DNA from: a virus
Taxonomy: Duplodnaviria; Heunggongvirae; Uroviricota; Caudoviricetes
Strand: one strand, 5' to 3'
IMG/VR virus record: IMGVR_UViG_3300017989_000052
Length of the DNA stretch: 64,000 nucleotides
Shown: positions 9,966 through 20,514 of the stretch, piece by piece
Position numbering within the stretch: the first letter of the stretch is position 1
Layout of the letters: each line of letters begins with the position of its first letter
Notes under the pieces: generated by a model
What the model saw: the letters and a program-made list of their open reading frames with translations, nothing else
Database searches by the model: none
What the model was told of the DNA's origin: nothing
Translations under genes and position numbers: made by a program

Positions 9966-10256
9966 ATGCGTAACTTTTTGCTGATTTCGAATGGCGATTA
10001 TTTTGGCAGCGATAAAGAAGTTTCAGCTGGGAAAGCAGAATCAGCTTGGGAATTTATCAAAGGAAGTTTCTTCGGGGAGGATAAGGACGCGGTTGAGGAG
10101 TTTCTGGAAGACTCGGGCAGGAAGGATAAAGAAATGAAAGGGATGAGTGATAAAGACCTCGCAAAAACCCTTGAAAACCTGTTTATGGGCGACGGAGAAG
10201 CAACCCGCACTCTTCTGGATATTACTGACCCGAATAACCCCAAAATCCTCGCATAA
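9966..10256 (+). CDS. hypothetical acidic protein
   Basis: ORF track. Confidence 0.3.
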   Translation: MRNFLLISNGDYFGSDKEVSAGKAESAWEFIKGSFFGEDKDAVEEFLEDSGRKDKEMKGMSDKDLAKTLENLFMGDGEATRTLLDITDPNNPKILA

Positions 10257-10259
10257 GCA

Positions 10260-10799
10260 ATGAAACCAGAAACGATCTATGGTTTCCCCCGCTCTTTAAT
10301 CACTTACCAAAAGGGGAGGATTAAGAAGAGCGCAGAGGGGGTCAACCTAACTTTTAAAAAAATTCGTCCTTACCTTTCCTTAAAAACCCAAAGTAACCTA
10401 GAGATCTTTACGAAGGTTAAACAAATTACGTGGAAAAAGGTATGGGTCTTTTTCGTAAAACGAAGACGACGAGAATATTCAAAAACAAAGGTTACGTATA
10501 AAGAATATGAAAGAGCCTCTATCCTCATTGAAGGAAAAGACGAAAAAGGAATCGTTTACCAATATTGGAGAAAAGAAACGGCCCACCCAGGAGCGGGACA
10601 GACTCTTTTATATACTGAAGGGCGGAAACCAAAGCAAGCAATGAATATCATTGGAAACTATGCTAACGCCCATATGAAAGTTAAGCGTGCGATTAAAAAG
10701 AACGAGCTAAAGTCTTTATTAACAGACGAAGATAAATTTGTGCGAACATTCGCAAAGGAAGCATTAGGAGAACAAGATGGCGACGAAATACCCGACTGA
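10260..10799 (+). CDS. hypothetical protein, LLTH-x-VR motif family (KSLLTDEDKFVRTFAKEALG)
   Basis: C-terminal HEAT/PBS-like motif. Confidence 0.4.
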   Translation: MKPETIYGFPRSLITYQKGRIKKSAEGVNLTFKKIRPYLSLKTQSNLEIFTKVKQITWKKVWVFFVKRRRREYSKTKVTYKEYERASILIEGKDEKGIVYQYWRKETAHPGAGQTLLYTEGRKPKQAMNIIGNYANAHMKVKRAIKKNELKSLLTDEDKFVRTFAKEALGEQDGDEIPD

Positions 10800-12801
10800 C
10801 CCTACGAAACTGTCTCAGCAGGAAATCGAGGGATTCCTCCAGGAATGGAGCGATTCTTATTATAACACGGAAGACGCTAAATCCATTGCCCCAGATAATG
10901 TCTATGACCTATTCAAGGACTATTTGGAAGCGCAGTACCCAGACTCGACCTTCTTAAAGGTTGTCGGTGCCCCTGTTAAAGTTTCTGAATGGGAAAAGAT
11001 GGAGCATGAAATCCCTATGGGGAGTCTTGATAAAGTCCACAACGTGGATGATATTAAGGCTTGGTCTAGTTCCATCGGCGCTAAAAATTTCTGGATCACT
11101 GAAAAGCTAGATGGCATTAGCATTGAACTTCTTTATGACGATGGAAACCTTACAGCAGCCATTACCCGAGGGAATGGTAAAGTAGGGGAAAATATCTTAG
11201 CTAATGTCCAGCGGATGAAGAACGTTAAGCGAAAATTGGCCATTCCTTTTAATGGGACAATCCGAGGCGAGATCATTCTAAGGAAAAGCGAGTTCGCTAA
11301 ACTTAGCAGCGATGGGTATTCTAACCCACGAAACGCGGCAAGCGGTATCGCTCGGCGGTACGATGGGACCCAAGCAGAGCACCTTGAAATTCTTTACTAT
11401 GATATTATTGCTTATGATACTGAGCATGAAGACCAGATTACCTCCGAAGCAAGCAAAATCAAATTTATAAAAGGGCTTGGGGTCAAAGCGCTCGAAGGGG
11501 AAGTAGTCGACCTTAAGAAAGCCGATAAAGTCTACGAAGACTATAAAGCAGCAAGACGAGCAAAACTTGATTATGAAATTGACGGCCTAGTTCTAAAAGT
11601 TAATGACCTAGACATTGCCAACAAGATTAACGATACCGCAACAAGCGATAACTCAAACCCGAAAGCCCAAAGGGCTTGGAAATTTGACCAACCAATGGGG
11701 ATCTCCAAGCTAAAGAAAATTCTTTGGAGTACGGGAAAAGGTGGAAGTGTAACCCCCGTTGCGTTTTTCGAGCCCATTAGTTTAGCTGGGGCTTCTGTGC
11801 AAATGGCATCAATGCACAATTTAAGCATTGCTGAAGACTTAAACGTGAACACCGGCGATGAAATTATCGTCATTCGCGCGAATGATGTCATTCCACAGGT
11901 GCTTGGAATCCATAAAAAGCATAATAATAAGAAAATTGAAGTTCCTACTGTTTGTGGAGAATGTGGGAAAAACCTACATCTTGAAACTTCCCAGACAAAA
12001 GATCGGGTAATTAAGACGCTTCATTGCATTAACGAGGACTGCCCAAAATTGAAACTTGGGAAAATTATCCGGCTTATCGAGGTCTTTGAAATTAAGGATT
12101 TTAGCGAGTCTCGGATCCAGGCTTTATATGATGCTGGTTTTGTAAAAGATGCGGCCGATTTGTTTACATTTGACCGCGCCAAGGCAGCAAACCTCGAAGG
12201 CTTTGGAAAACGAATCTTTGATAAATTGGATAAACACCTAGAAGAAAAATCAAAGGTTTCGCTATCGCAGTTTCTTGCGGCTCTAGGAATTCGAACCCTT
12301 GGCCGCCGGCAATGGAAGAAAGTAGTTGATGCTGGGCATGACTCGTGGGATAAGATCGAGACCTTGATGCACCTCCCAGAACAAAATTTCGTAACGGAGC
12401 TTAGCAAAATCAAAGGGCTGGGGGAAGAAATTTGTAAAATGATGTACCAAGGCTTAGTAAAAAATAAAAGCTTTGCATCTAAACTTCTCCAACACCTAAC
12501 GATTAAAAAATCTGGGACTGCTGATGGGAAACTCAGAGGGTTAAACCTTTGCTTTACGGGGTTGCGCAAATTCAACGGAGTTGACCTAGCAAAGCTTATT
12601 CAAAGCGAGGGTGGGGCAGTTCGGAACTCGGTTAGTAAAAACTTGGATATGCTAATCGTTGCAGATTTAAACTCCGGCAGCTCGAAGATGAAGAAGGCAA
12701 AGGATCAGGGAGTTAAGTGTATTGAAGTGGAAGACTTCTTTAAGCAGTTCGGATTTGAAGCTGAAAAACCCAAAGCAGACGAGGAAGAAGACATCATCTA
12801 G
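10777..12801 (+). CDS. ligA: NAD+-dependent DNA ligase
   Basis: Adenylation motif EKLDGISIEL, C4 zinc finger CGECGK...CINEDCP, HhH region and C-terminal BRCT-like tail; 674 aa, typical LigA size. Confidence 0.85.
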   Translation: MATKYPTDPTKLSQQEIEGFLQEWSDSYYNTEDAKSIAPDNVYDLFKDYLEAQYPDSTFLKVVGAPVKVSEWEKMEHEIPMGSLDKVHNVDDIKAWSSSIGAKNFWITEKLDGISIELLYDDGNLTAAITRGNGKVGENILANVQRMKNVKRKLAIPFNGTIRGEIILRKSEFAKLSSDGYSNPRNAASGIARRYDGTQAEHLEILYYDIIAYDTEHEDQITSEASKIKFIKGLGVKALEGEVVDLKKADKVYEDYKAARRAKLDYEIDGLVLKVNDLDIANKINDTATSDNSNPKAQRAWKFDQPMGISKLKKILWSTGKGGSVTPVAFFEPISLAGASVQMASMHNLSIAEDLNVNTGDEIIVIRANDVIPQVLGIHKKHNNKKIEVPTVCGECGKNLHLETSQTKDRVIKTLHCINEDCPKLKLGKIIRLIEVFEIKDFSESRIQALYDAGFVKDAADLFTFDRAKAANLEGFGKRIFDKLDKHLEEKSKVSLSQFLAALGIRTLGRRQWKKVVDAGHDSWDKIETLMHLPEQNFVTELSKIKGLGEEICKMMYQGLVKNKSFASKLLQHLTIKKSGTADGKLRGLNLCFTGLRKFNGVDLAKLIQSEGGAVRNSVSKNLDMLIVADLNSGSSKMKKAKDQGVKCIEVEDFFKQFGFEAEKPKADEEEDII

Positions 12802-12802
12802 A

Positions 12803-13063
12803 ATGACTAAAGAAAAAACAGAAGAACAAATATGTATTACTTGTGGGCAACCAATTCACCCATTGCGACTCAAAGCAATGCCAAACGCAAAGCAATGCGT
12901 CCAATGCGTACGCGGACTGGAAACTAGAAAAGGAGCCCCTCTTGGAGTTATGGTTTATGACCATAAAACCGGAGGACATATGCAAATTGTAAATTCTGAC
13001 CAATTGCTTGAGATGAACCGTATGGACCGTCGAGGAATTCCCCGAAAGAAATTAGAAAGATAA
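12803..13063 (+). CDS. DksA/TraR-type C4 zinc-finger protein
   Basis: CITCGQ-x17-CVQCV (CxxC-x17-CxxC); start taken at the ATG at 12803 inside track ORF 12722..13063. Confidence 0.5.
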   Translation: MTKEKTEEQICITCGQPIHPLRLKAMPNAKQCVQCVRGLETRKGAPLGVMVYDHKTGGHMQIVNSDQLLEMNRMDRRGIPRKKLER

Positions 13064-13070
13064 ATTTATA

Positions 13071-13313
13071 ATGAAAGACCGAGCAACCGCAGAAGAATAT
13101 TTAGAAAAGGTGCTCTCTAAAGTAACCTTGCCAGAGAAAGCAGATCTGAGAATTTACCAGGACCAGTCTGGGAATTATCGGCTCTCGATTTACTCTCGCC
13201 ATAATACAATGGCTATTCAAAAACTCGCCCAAAAATTAGAGACGTTGTTGCCCGGAGGCACAGCAGATTATGACGTAGCAATCTATGGTAAGACTAGGGT
13301 TAAGAAAAAATGA
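13071..13313 (+). CDS. hypothetical protein
   Basis: ORF track. Confidence 0.3.
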   Translation: MKDRATAEEYLEKVLSKVTLPEKADLRIYQDQSGNYRLSIYSRHNTMAIQKLAQKLETLLPGGTADYDVAIYGKTRVKKK

Positions 13314-13684
13314 AATTAACTTATTGGGGGATAGATGACGCTATCCGTTTTGTTGAGATAGATGATAAGTCTTATGTTATTTACAACACGTCGATTTGTC
13401 GGGTGCACTCCTTTCTAAAGGAAAGTTTTAAGACTTACGACCCAGAATACATCTTAACGATCCGAGCAACCCCAATGGCTCGCTTTTTGGCAGAGCTTGA
13501 TATCCTTGGAGAAACGAGCTGGATTGAGCTTGTAGTTGAGATAAATGAAAGGAACGAGGCAAAGTGGCAATACGAAGAAGAACTCGCGATGATAGCATAC
13601 GAAGCCTCAGCGTGGTTTGGTTCTAAGGGTCCCCCTTATTCCGATAGGGACCGTTTAATTGCTAAACGACCAAAAAGAAGTTAA
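13310..13684 (+). CDS. hypothetical protein
   Basis: ORF track, 4-nt overlap coupling. Confidence 0.3.
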   Translation: MKLTYWGIDDAIRFVEIDDKSYVIYNTSICRVHSFLKESFKTYDPEYILTIRATPMARFLAELDILGETSWIELVVEINERNEAKWQYEEELAMIAYEASAWFGSKGPPYSDRDRLIAKRPKRS

Positions 13685-13695
13685 GATGGCCTCAG

Positions 13696-15189
13696 ATGGC
13701 CTCAAAAAAGCAAAAGAGAAAAAACCAATCTGGGGAATTAAGCCCAGAGAAGAGCGCAAGGCAGCTTGGTTTTGCGTCTTTTGCGGATTACCGTGAGTTT
13801 TGCCAGCGGCATCAAATCAAGCCAGGATTTTGGCCCGCCGATAGGATTAAGGCAATTCGAAAAGAAGAAGCACTAAAGAAGGCGGTCAAGCAAAAAAGAA
13901 AAGGCAGAAAAACAAAAAACGTTATCGAACAAATCTTTAGTGCTACAGCAACAAGCGAAATCGTTGACGCACATAAATTGAATACGGGGGCACTGCTTAA
14001 GTATAAGAAATCACTCGGGGCGCAGGCACAAAAAGACCTACTTGACTTTATCCTTTACCTTGATAAGAAGTCTAAGCTTGTTAACGAAGAGTATCTTCCC
14101 AGTCTTTTATTATTCTTTAAGTATAAGAAGTTTTGGATTTCTGAGTACGAGGGGTGGAAAGCGCCTTCTCATAATAAAGATAAGCAACTTAGCTCCCTAG
14201 CCCGGCACTTGTTTACAAAATATCCAATTCCCACTTTTATGGATAAAGCCTGGCAAGATGGGCTTAACTACTTCGACTTAAAGATAGAAAGCGAAGAATA
14301 CCGAAAATATAGGGAATGGTTTATTGAGCTAGGAAATGGAAAGAATCTCAGAAAGCTTAACAACTTACCATTCCCAATAACGAAAAAAGTTGCCCACCAC
14401 TTCCTTAAAGCTCCTTCCCACTTTCGGATTATGGATGCTTTCCGTTGGGGGCAAGTCCATGCTTTAGGAGGGGATGGGAGGTTGGTAGGGTATTTGTTAG
14501 GCTCCTCCTTAAGACAAAATTACGCTCACCACGAATTTTGGGAAACGGTAATTAAGTTCTTTATCGATAATCCAATGCTTGATTACTCCCATGTCGGGCC
14601 TATTATTGATTACATTAAAAATCAAAAGTTTGAACAACAACAGACCTACGTTAATGGGCAATGGCAAACAGAACCACCACCGCAACCAAATTTCTGTATG
14701 CGGGGCCGTAACCCAGAAACTTTATTGCGTCAAGTTGAGGGGTGGCACCGGGCCCTGCAGAAGTTAAAGGGCTCCCCAGACTCTTCTTGGGAACACTCTA
14801 ACTTTAAGGACTATGAATATATAGAGAAAGCAGGAAAACAAAGAATTATCTGGAGAATTACTGAGTTATGTAATAAGAAAGAGCTTGCTGAAGAAGGGCG
14901 AAAAATGCACCACTGTGTTGGGTCCTACGCTTCTTCCTGTGCTAGACGCCGTGTCGGTATTTGGTCTCTCACGGGAGAAACGCGGGACTCAACCGAAATG
15001 CATGAAAATAAACCGCCAGCTCCAGATATAAGCAGAACTAAACGTTTCGCAACAATTGAAGTCGATTTAGAAAATAAAACGATTGTTCAAGCACGGGGTA
15101 AATATAATGAAAAGGTTTCGGGGAAAGCTCGGAATATTATGACAAGGTGGGCTGGAGTTGAAAAGTTAAAAGTTGGAAGATACTTCTAA
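13696..15189 (+). CDS. hypothetical 497-aa protein; C-terminal region possibly PcfJ-like (KMHHCVGSYASSCARRRVGIWSL)
   Basis: Long ORF; the motif is recalled only loosely, so this is a tentative assignment. Confidence 0.4.
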   Translation: MASKKQKRKNQSGELSPEKSARQLGFASFADYREFCQRHQIKPGFWPADRIKAIRKEEALKKAVKQKRKGRKTKNVIEQIFSATATSEIVDAHKLNTGALLKYKKSLGAQAQKDLLDFILYLDKKSKLVNEEYLPSLLLFFKYKKFWISEYEGWKAPSHNKDKQLSSLARHLFTKYPIPTFMDKAWQDGLNYFDLKIESEEYRKYREWFIELGNGKNLRKLNNLPFPITKKVAHHFLKAPSHFRIMDAFRWGQVHALGGDGRLVGYLLGSSLRQNYAHHEFWETVIKFFIDNPMLDYSHVGPIIDYIKNQKFEQQQTYVNGQWQTEPPPQPNFCMRGRNPETLLRQVEGWHRALQKLKGSPDSSWEHSNFKDYEYIEKAGKQRIIWRITELCNKKELAEEGRKMHHCVGSYASSCARRRVGIWSLTGETRDSTEMHENKPPAPDISRTKRFATIEVDLENKTIVQARGKYNEKVSGKARNIMTRWAGVEKLKVGRYF

Positions 15190-15266
15190 AGAAATAAAAA
15201 ACCAACGATAATCAAAGAGATTTCCCCATATAAAATAAAGGAGATAAAAAACCCCAAGGGAGGAGA

Positions 15267-15641
15267 ATGCTTCGGATGGACGACGTATATGAATTACGGA
15301 TTATCTTTCGGGAAGAAACTAGAGTTGTAGCATGTTATTATCTGAAAGAGATTCCATCCGAAACTGAAGTATTTGCGATGACCTTAAGTTTCATAAGCAC
15401 TCTTTATTATGTGACCGAAATAAAGATGGGGATTAGCCGGGGCCTCTTTTCGGTTAAACGAAAAAGACAGGTGTTTAGTGAGGTCCCCGGCTGGTCTTTT
15501 TATCGGGTAGAAGGACGAAAGATAGCAGCACAGAGACATAAACAATTTTGTCCTATACCAAACCTAAAAGAATTCCTGACTCACAAAGCTCCGGCAGTAC
15601 GAAACACTACCAAAAAATATTTAAATTTTTCTAAAAAATAG
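15267..15641 (+). CDS. hypothetical protein, LLTH-x-VR motif family (KEFLTHKAPAVRNTTKKYL)
   Basis: C-terminal motif. Confidence 0.35.
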   Translation: MLRMDDVYELRIIFREETRVVACYYLKEIPSETEVFAMTLSFISTLYYVTEIKMGISRGLFSVKRKRQVFSEVPGWSFYRVEGRKIAAQRHKQFCPIPNLKEFLTHKAPAVRNTTKKYLNFSKK

Positions 15642-16046
15642 AACGGAAGAAAGGAGTATTACTAAGTATGAATGCCAGAGGACCTCCGATTGGTTATTAA
15701 AGACCGACAGGAAAAACTAATGATGGCTCGATATCGAGCGGTGATTTCCTTATGGTTATTTCCCCTGCGGTATCAGCACGAAGATCTTAAGGTTAGTTTG
15801 TAGCAACCTTGTTGACTACCTTAGGGCTGCGAAAACGCTACAAAAGGCAACAACTAAAATGGAGAGTTAGCGATGCCTTAGGAAAGACTAGAACGAAGAC
15901 AAAGACAGAGGACAGTAAAAAATAATTGATGTGGCAAGGACGTGAAAACCTCGCTTGTTGCATACTAAATCTCGGGGTTCTTGAAGTATATAAGGGCCCG
16001 CCATATAAAGTAAGTGTATAAAAAGTAACGTTCGAAAAAACCGGCC

Positions 16047-16071
16047 TCACCTCATAGGGGTGGGGCCACTT
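16047..16071 (+). other. 9-bp stem hairpin immediately 5' of tRNA-Leu (possible processing or terminator element)
   Basis: GGCCTCACC / GGTGGGGCC stem around a TCATAGG loop. Confidence 0.3.
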
Positions 16072-16154
16072 GCCGGGGTGGCGAAATTGGCAGACGCGAC
16101 AGATTTAAGATCTGTTTCCCTTTGGGAGTGAGGGTTCAAATCCCTCCCCCGGCA
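16072..16154 (+). tRNA. tRNA-Leu (anticodon UAA), type II
   Basis: Hand-folded cloverleaf: acceptor GCCGGGG/CCCCGGC, anticodon arm ACAGA-TTTAAGA-TCTGT, long variable arm, T arm GAGGG-TTCAAAT-CCCTC, discriminator A; CCA not encoded. Confidence 0.8.
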
Positions 16155-16163
16155 TGTGAATAA

Positions 16164-16418
<255 letters not shown>

Positions 16419-16430
<12 letters not shown>

Positions 16431-17285
16431 CTTAAATTTATTTGGATTATGTTCTTCTCTATGGCAATTCCCACAAAGAAGAATACATTTTTCTAATTCT
16501 TTTCCCAACTTTGCTTTATTTTTATAATTACCAAGCAAGATGTTAATTTCTGAATCTTTTTCTCCATTATGGTGAAATTCTAAAATAGTTTTATTTACAG
16601 GCTTTAACCCACATTTGGAACATTTATTCCCAAGCTTGATTAAGGCTTCTTCTCTTATTTGTAACCTTCTAATTTTGCTTTGTAAATGAACTCTCTTATT
16701 ATCTGTTTTTCTTTTACATTCTTTCGAACAAAATTTGCTTCTAGCTTTAGGAAGTTTTACACCACAACAAACACATTTACCTTTTTCTTGGAAATATAGA
16801 GAATTCAGTTCCTCCTTAAGAAGTGCCCCTAGTTTTCCGGAGTGTATATTTCGATGACAATTTACGCAAGCTAAAATACACTTCTCCAACTCCTTTAAGA
16901 GAATTTCTCTTTTTCTATCTAATTTATCTGCGGACAGATTGAATTTTTTGCCTCCCCCTTCTTTATGGTGAAATTCTAACGCAGCGTAATTTTTATCGTA
17001 ACCACAAATAGAACATTTTCCCCCTAAAATGTTAATTAGCTCTATCCTTTTTTCCAAACGCCGCTTATTTTGATGGTCAACTATTTTTCTTAGGTTCCTT
17101 TTATTAGATAATTTCATCCGGCACTTTTCGGAGCAATATTTTCGTTGCTGCCCTTTTAGGGCTTTACCACAAACTAAGCAGTTTGTAGCTTTACAAAAAT
17201 CACAAATTTTTCGATACGAGGTTTTCCACCCCTCGGTAATAAATATTTGATTACAAGAAGTACATTTTCTTTTATATTTTTTCAT
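16419..17285 (-). CDS. HNH homing-type endonuclease (two HNH/zinc-finger modules)
   Basis: Repeated CxxC...EFHH...N...CxNCH motifs (CSICGYD...ALEFHHKEGGGKKFN...CVNCHRNIH and CSKCGLK...ILEFHHNGEKD...CGNCHREEH); start taken at the MKKYKRK ATG; the stop overlaps the tRNA-Arg 3' end on the opposite strand; markedly AT-rich compared with neighbours. Confidence 0.7.
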
Positions 17286-17336
17286 GATTCCCCTTCCTTC
17301 TAAAAAAGATAGAGTCATAAAATATTAACCGGAACA
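16434..17336. mobile_element. HNH endonuclease cassette bounded by a 14-bp direct repeat (TACCGGGTGTGCTT at 16420-16433 and 17337-17350)
   Basis: The left repeat copy is the 3' end of tRNA-Arg; the AT-rich insert is consistent with a mobile insertion that regenerates the tRNA 3' end. Confidence 0.45.
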
Positions 17337-17516
17337 TACCGGGTGTGCTTCGCGTACGTGTTTGCTCTCGGGAGTTTCCCGAAAAATCTCTTTTATAGAC
17401 ATACTTCGTAACTTTTACCCCTTGGGGTAAAAAATTGTGTGTCTATTATATTATTTTATCTATAAAAGATAAAATTGAGGAAACTTCGACGGCAAACACG
17501 TATAACAACTTTAGGT

Positions 17517-17768
17517 AGGCTATGATCAAGCTTCCTTCTACAATCTTTAAATGACTTTAGCTTGGTCGCTTCCCTACCCATAAACCTATCATTTTTAAGT
17601 GCAGGCTATGAGTGGTCTTCCTTCTAAATTTCACTCAATGAAGAAAATTAGGCCATTCGCTTTCCTGCACTTTTCAATTTTCGAGGGCTATGGATAAGCT
17701 TCCTTCTACTACTTAACTCAGCCGCAAGGCTGAATTCATACTTAGCTTTCCGCTTTCCCTCAACAAAA
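17517..17768 (+). repeat. three tandem ~84-bp repeats (units start at about 17517, 17603, 17686), each beginning AGGCTATGR..AGCTTCCTTCTA and ending GCTTTCCCTNC
   Basis: Read directly from the sequence; they lie in the 465-bp non-coding leader of the 722-aa gene. Confidence 0.5.
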
Positions 17769-17785
17769 AAACCCAAGAGGAGTTA

Positions 17786-19954
17786 ATGATGTTGAAGCAA
17801 ATTATCAAAAAGACTTTTCGTGTTCCTGTTACTACAAACTCCCCAGGCAAAGGATCAACGTTGGCGAGACAACTTGATGTTGCCTTGATGGGAAACGGCT
17901 TTAAACTCTCTGGACAACTCCTTGAATATTTAAGCGACCTACATCCCTCTTCCGTAAAAGGGATTGCAAAGTATATCCTCGACGCAGCAAAAGAATTAGT
18001 TGGAGGACATGTTAAGCACAATTCTTATTTTAAATCTTTCCCCAATAATATTCCGGATACAGAACAATTCTGGTTGGAGTGCATTATTAATGCTCTCTAT
18101 ACCCCGGAAAGCGCCGCCAAGGTTTCTTTTCAGCTAGAAACTGGGGTAGTTAATCTTCTTGATCTACCAACGTATGGACGCTACCAGCATACCTACGAGG
18201 AAATGTTGGAAGCACACGAGCAATTAATCGATTCTGCAAAAAATAAAATAAAGGTTCTCCATTTAGGGAAAGAATTAGCGGAGGAAACGGTTGCTCTATA
18301 TCACTCGCTTGCGGGAAGCCGAATCCCATTAAATGAGGAAGATCGCGCTTTGTTAGCAGAGCTAGCTGAATGTTGTATCGATGATGAACAGCCAGAACAA
18401 ATCCCGATTCGGGAAAACAAGGCGATTGTTAATAAAATTCGTATTGAGAATGCCCACGCAATTCTAGCAGACACTCCAACTGATGTTCTTCGTCTGGCGA
18501 GTTATTTGTCGGGGAATGATTCCACCTTGGATACAAAGCCTCGCTTTATTTCATTCCCAAAGAAAACGCGGCGGGTTCTTTTGGCGGCACTAAATCAGAT
18601 TGTCGACGAAAACCCAGCTAAGCTAGAAGAAGTCGTTCGTTATTCCGGGTATTGGAAACGGCTCGGAGAATTTCTCCACCCACGGGAATACGCAAACCGC
18701 TACGACAAGGCACAAGATATTTTTGCGATTGCTCGAGGGGATAAAAGGGTAAAGACCCACGCGGCGAAGGTAGAACTCGCTTTCATTAATAACGAGATTG
18801 CAAAAGCAGTTAAGTTATTAGAGCAAAAGCCGGGCGTATTTATCCGTAGCCTTGATCGGATCCTAAGGTCTGGGAAAGCACCAATTGTTCTGGGGAATAG
18901 CCTTACCTCTAGTATTGAACGGGTTTCTACCCGCGTAATTCTCTCTGTTCGGGAGCATCTAGCTAACCGGATTAAGGGAAATGTATCAAAACGCATTTTT
19001 GCGAATAGCAAAGGAACTGCCTGGACCGTCGCGGAAGACCGTGAACCCCTTCCAAAGATTGCGACGAAAAAGGTTATCGATATTCTCGATAAAGAAATTG
19101 TGCGGCGGATGCCAGTTCACAAGCACTTAGTTGTTGATGAAAAGGTGCTTAACCTAGCAATTCCGCTTAGCGATAAAGCAAAATCTACAGGATTTAATAT
19201 CTTGCCCCGTGGGTCTTTAATGCCCGCTCCGGAAGAAATCCTGCGCTTTTTCATCTATTGGAAGCAAAAGCAACACAGAACGGATTTTGATCTTTCAGCT
19301 ATTGCGTTGGATGAGAATTTCAATAGTTGCTTCCATCTCTCGTATACACATCTTTCGCATGGGGAACACGTCCATAGTGGCGACATTACGGAAGCACCAA
19401 GAGGGGCGTCCGAATTTATTGATGTCAAGTTGCCCTCGCTTTCAGCACAGTGCAAATATATTGTGCCACAAATTTATGTCTACTCCGGAGAGGGGTTCGA
19501 TGAAGTAGAAGAATCCTTCTTTGGGTACATGGCCCGAACCCAAGCTGAGATGGGCAGGCCATTTGAAGCAAAAACAGTTCAGGCTAAGTCCGATTTACGT
19601 GGACCCAACAAGGTTGCAATCCCATTGATCTTCGTTAAGAACGAGGATGGTTCCTGGGAAGCCAAGTGGGCTCATCTCTTTATCAAAGGACATGCTCGCT
19701 TTAATCGCGTAGAAGAAAATAAGGATACGGTTGGGAGCTTCGTACAAGCCATTGTCGAAAAAGAATACCTCAAGGTTGGGTATCTCTTTGATCTTGCAGC
19801 TAGTGCTAAGGCAGAGAAGTACTCTAAGTATCAAAAAGGTAAGGTTTACGAAGAGCCCATTACTTTTGTAGGTATAGAGGCCCCTGAAAACCTCCCGGAA
19901 GGTTCTAAAATAATTACGCTATCTAACCTTCATGAGTTCCTTCCGGAGGAATAA
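17786..19954 (+). CDS. large hypothetical protein with C-terminal TerD-like domain (tentative)
   Basis: The C-terminal FDLSAIALDENF...SGDITEAPRGASEFIDVKL...IVPQIYVYSG resembles the TerD/vWA-TerF calcium-binding fold pattern (DLD-S-LLD ... GDN-TG ... IRVDL ... IY). Confidence 0.4.
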   Translation: MMLKQIIKKTFRVPVTTNSPGKGSTLARQLDVALMGNGFKLSGQLLEYLSDLHPSSVKGIAKYILDAAKELVGGHVKHNSYFKSFPNNIPDTEQFWLECIINALYTPESAAKVSFQLETGVVNLLDLPTYGRYQHTYEEMLEAHEQLIDSAKNKIKVLHLGKELAEETVALYHSLAGSRIPLNEEDRALLAELAECCIDDEQPEQIPIRENKAIVNKIRIENAHAILADTPTDVLRLASYLSGNDSTLDTKPRFISFPKKTRRVLLAALNQIVDENPAKLEEVVRYSGYWKRLGEFLHPREYANRYDKAQDIFAIARGDKRVKTHAAKVELAFINNEIAKAVKLLEQKPGVFIRSLDRILRSGKAPIVLGNSLTSSIERVSTRVILSVREHLANRIKGNVSKRIFANSKGTAWTVAEDREPLPKIATKKVIDILDKEIVRRMPVHKHLVVDEKVLNLAIPLSDKAKSTGFNILPRGSLMPAPEEILRFFIYWKQKQHRTDFDLSAIALDENFNSCFHLSYTHLSHGEHVHSGDITEAPRGASEFIDVKLPSLSAQCKYIVPQIYVYSGEGFDEVEESFFGYMARTQAEMGRPFEAKTVQAKSDLRGPNKVAIPLIFVKNEDGSWEAKWAHLFIKGHARFNRVEENKDTVGSFVQAIVEKEYLKVGYLFDLAASAKAEKYSKYQKGKVYEEPITFVGIEAPENLPEGSKIITLSNLHEFLPEE

Positions 19955-19957
19955 ATA

Positions 19958-20485
19958 ATGGGGTATGAACTAAATCTCTACGTTGGGGAATTTTCCCTTG
20001 ATTACCTAAAGACCCCAGCCCTTCTCTGCCGACCTTTTGGTTTAATAGACCTTTGCAAAATTGGAATGTCGGAAATCTCGAAGCTCAATAATCTTCGTAA
20101 GGAAAAACCTCTAACCCAGCTTCAAGCATTTCTGTATGCTGAAGACGGGAATACGAAAATATTCGAAGATCCTATTGGAGAACCTCTTCGGGTTTGTACT
20201 TTCACTGAAACTCTTGCAGCACTAAAGACAGATGCTTCGCGTTCCAGCTATAGACGGTTCTCATGGGCTTTGGATTTATTAAGAGGAATTGAAAAAACAG
20301 AATTCGTCCCAGCCCTAACGTCCCAGCAACCCGAAATCAGAGCTTACGCAAAAAAACATTTCGAATTGCTTAAAAAGCTTGAACGAGATGGCGTGCGTTC
20401 AACCGCAATTCGGGAATTCCCTGCAGACAAAGAAAAATATATATTTGATATTCGTTGCGTTGGAGTGCTCCTTTTTGGGCACTAG
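19958..20485 (+). CDS. hypothetical protein
   Basis: ORF track. Confidence 0.35.
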   Translation: MGYELNLYVGEFSLDYLKTPALLCRPFGLIDLCKIGMSEISKLNNLRKEKPLTQLQAFLYAEDGNTKIFEDPIGEPLRVCTFTETLAALKTDASRSSYRRFSWALDLLRGIEKTEFVPALTSQQPEIRAYAKKHFELLKKLERDGVRSTAIREFPADKEKYIFDIRCVGVLLFGH

Positions 20486-20514
20486 TTATTTCGTTTCCGG
20501 ATTGGAGAAAACAA

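Noticed and set aside
13685-13704. Perfect 10-bp tandem duplication GATGGCCTCA-GATGGCCTCA at the start of gene 13696..15189
   Set aside because: Most likely a trivial slippage duplication creating 2 alternative ATGs (the first is out of frame). No further repeat copies and no array structure.
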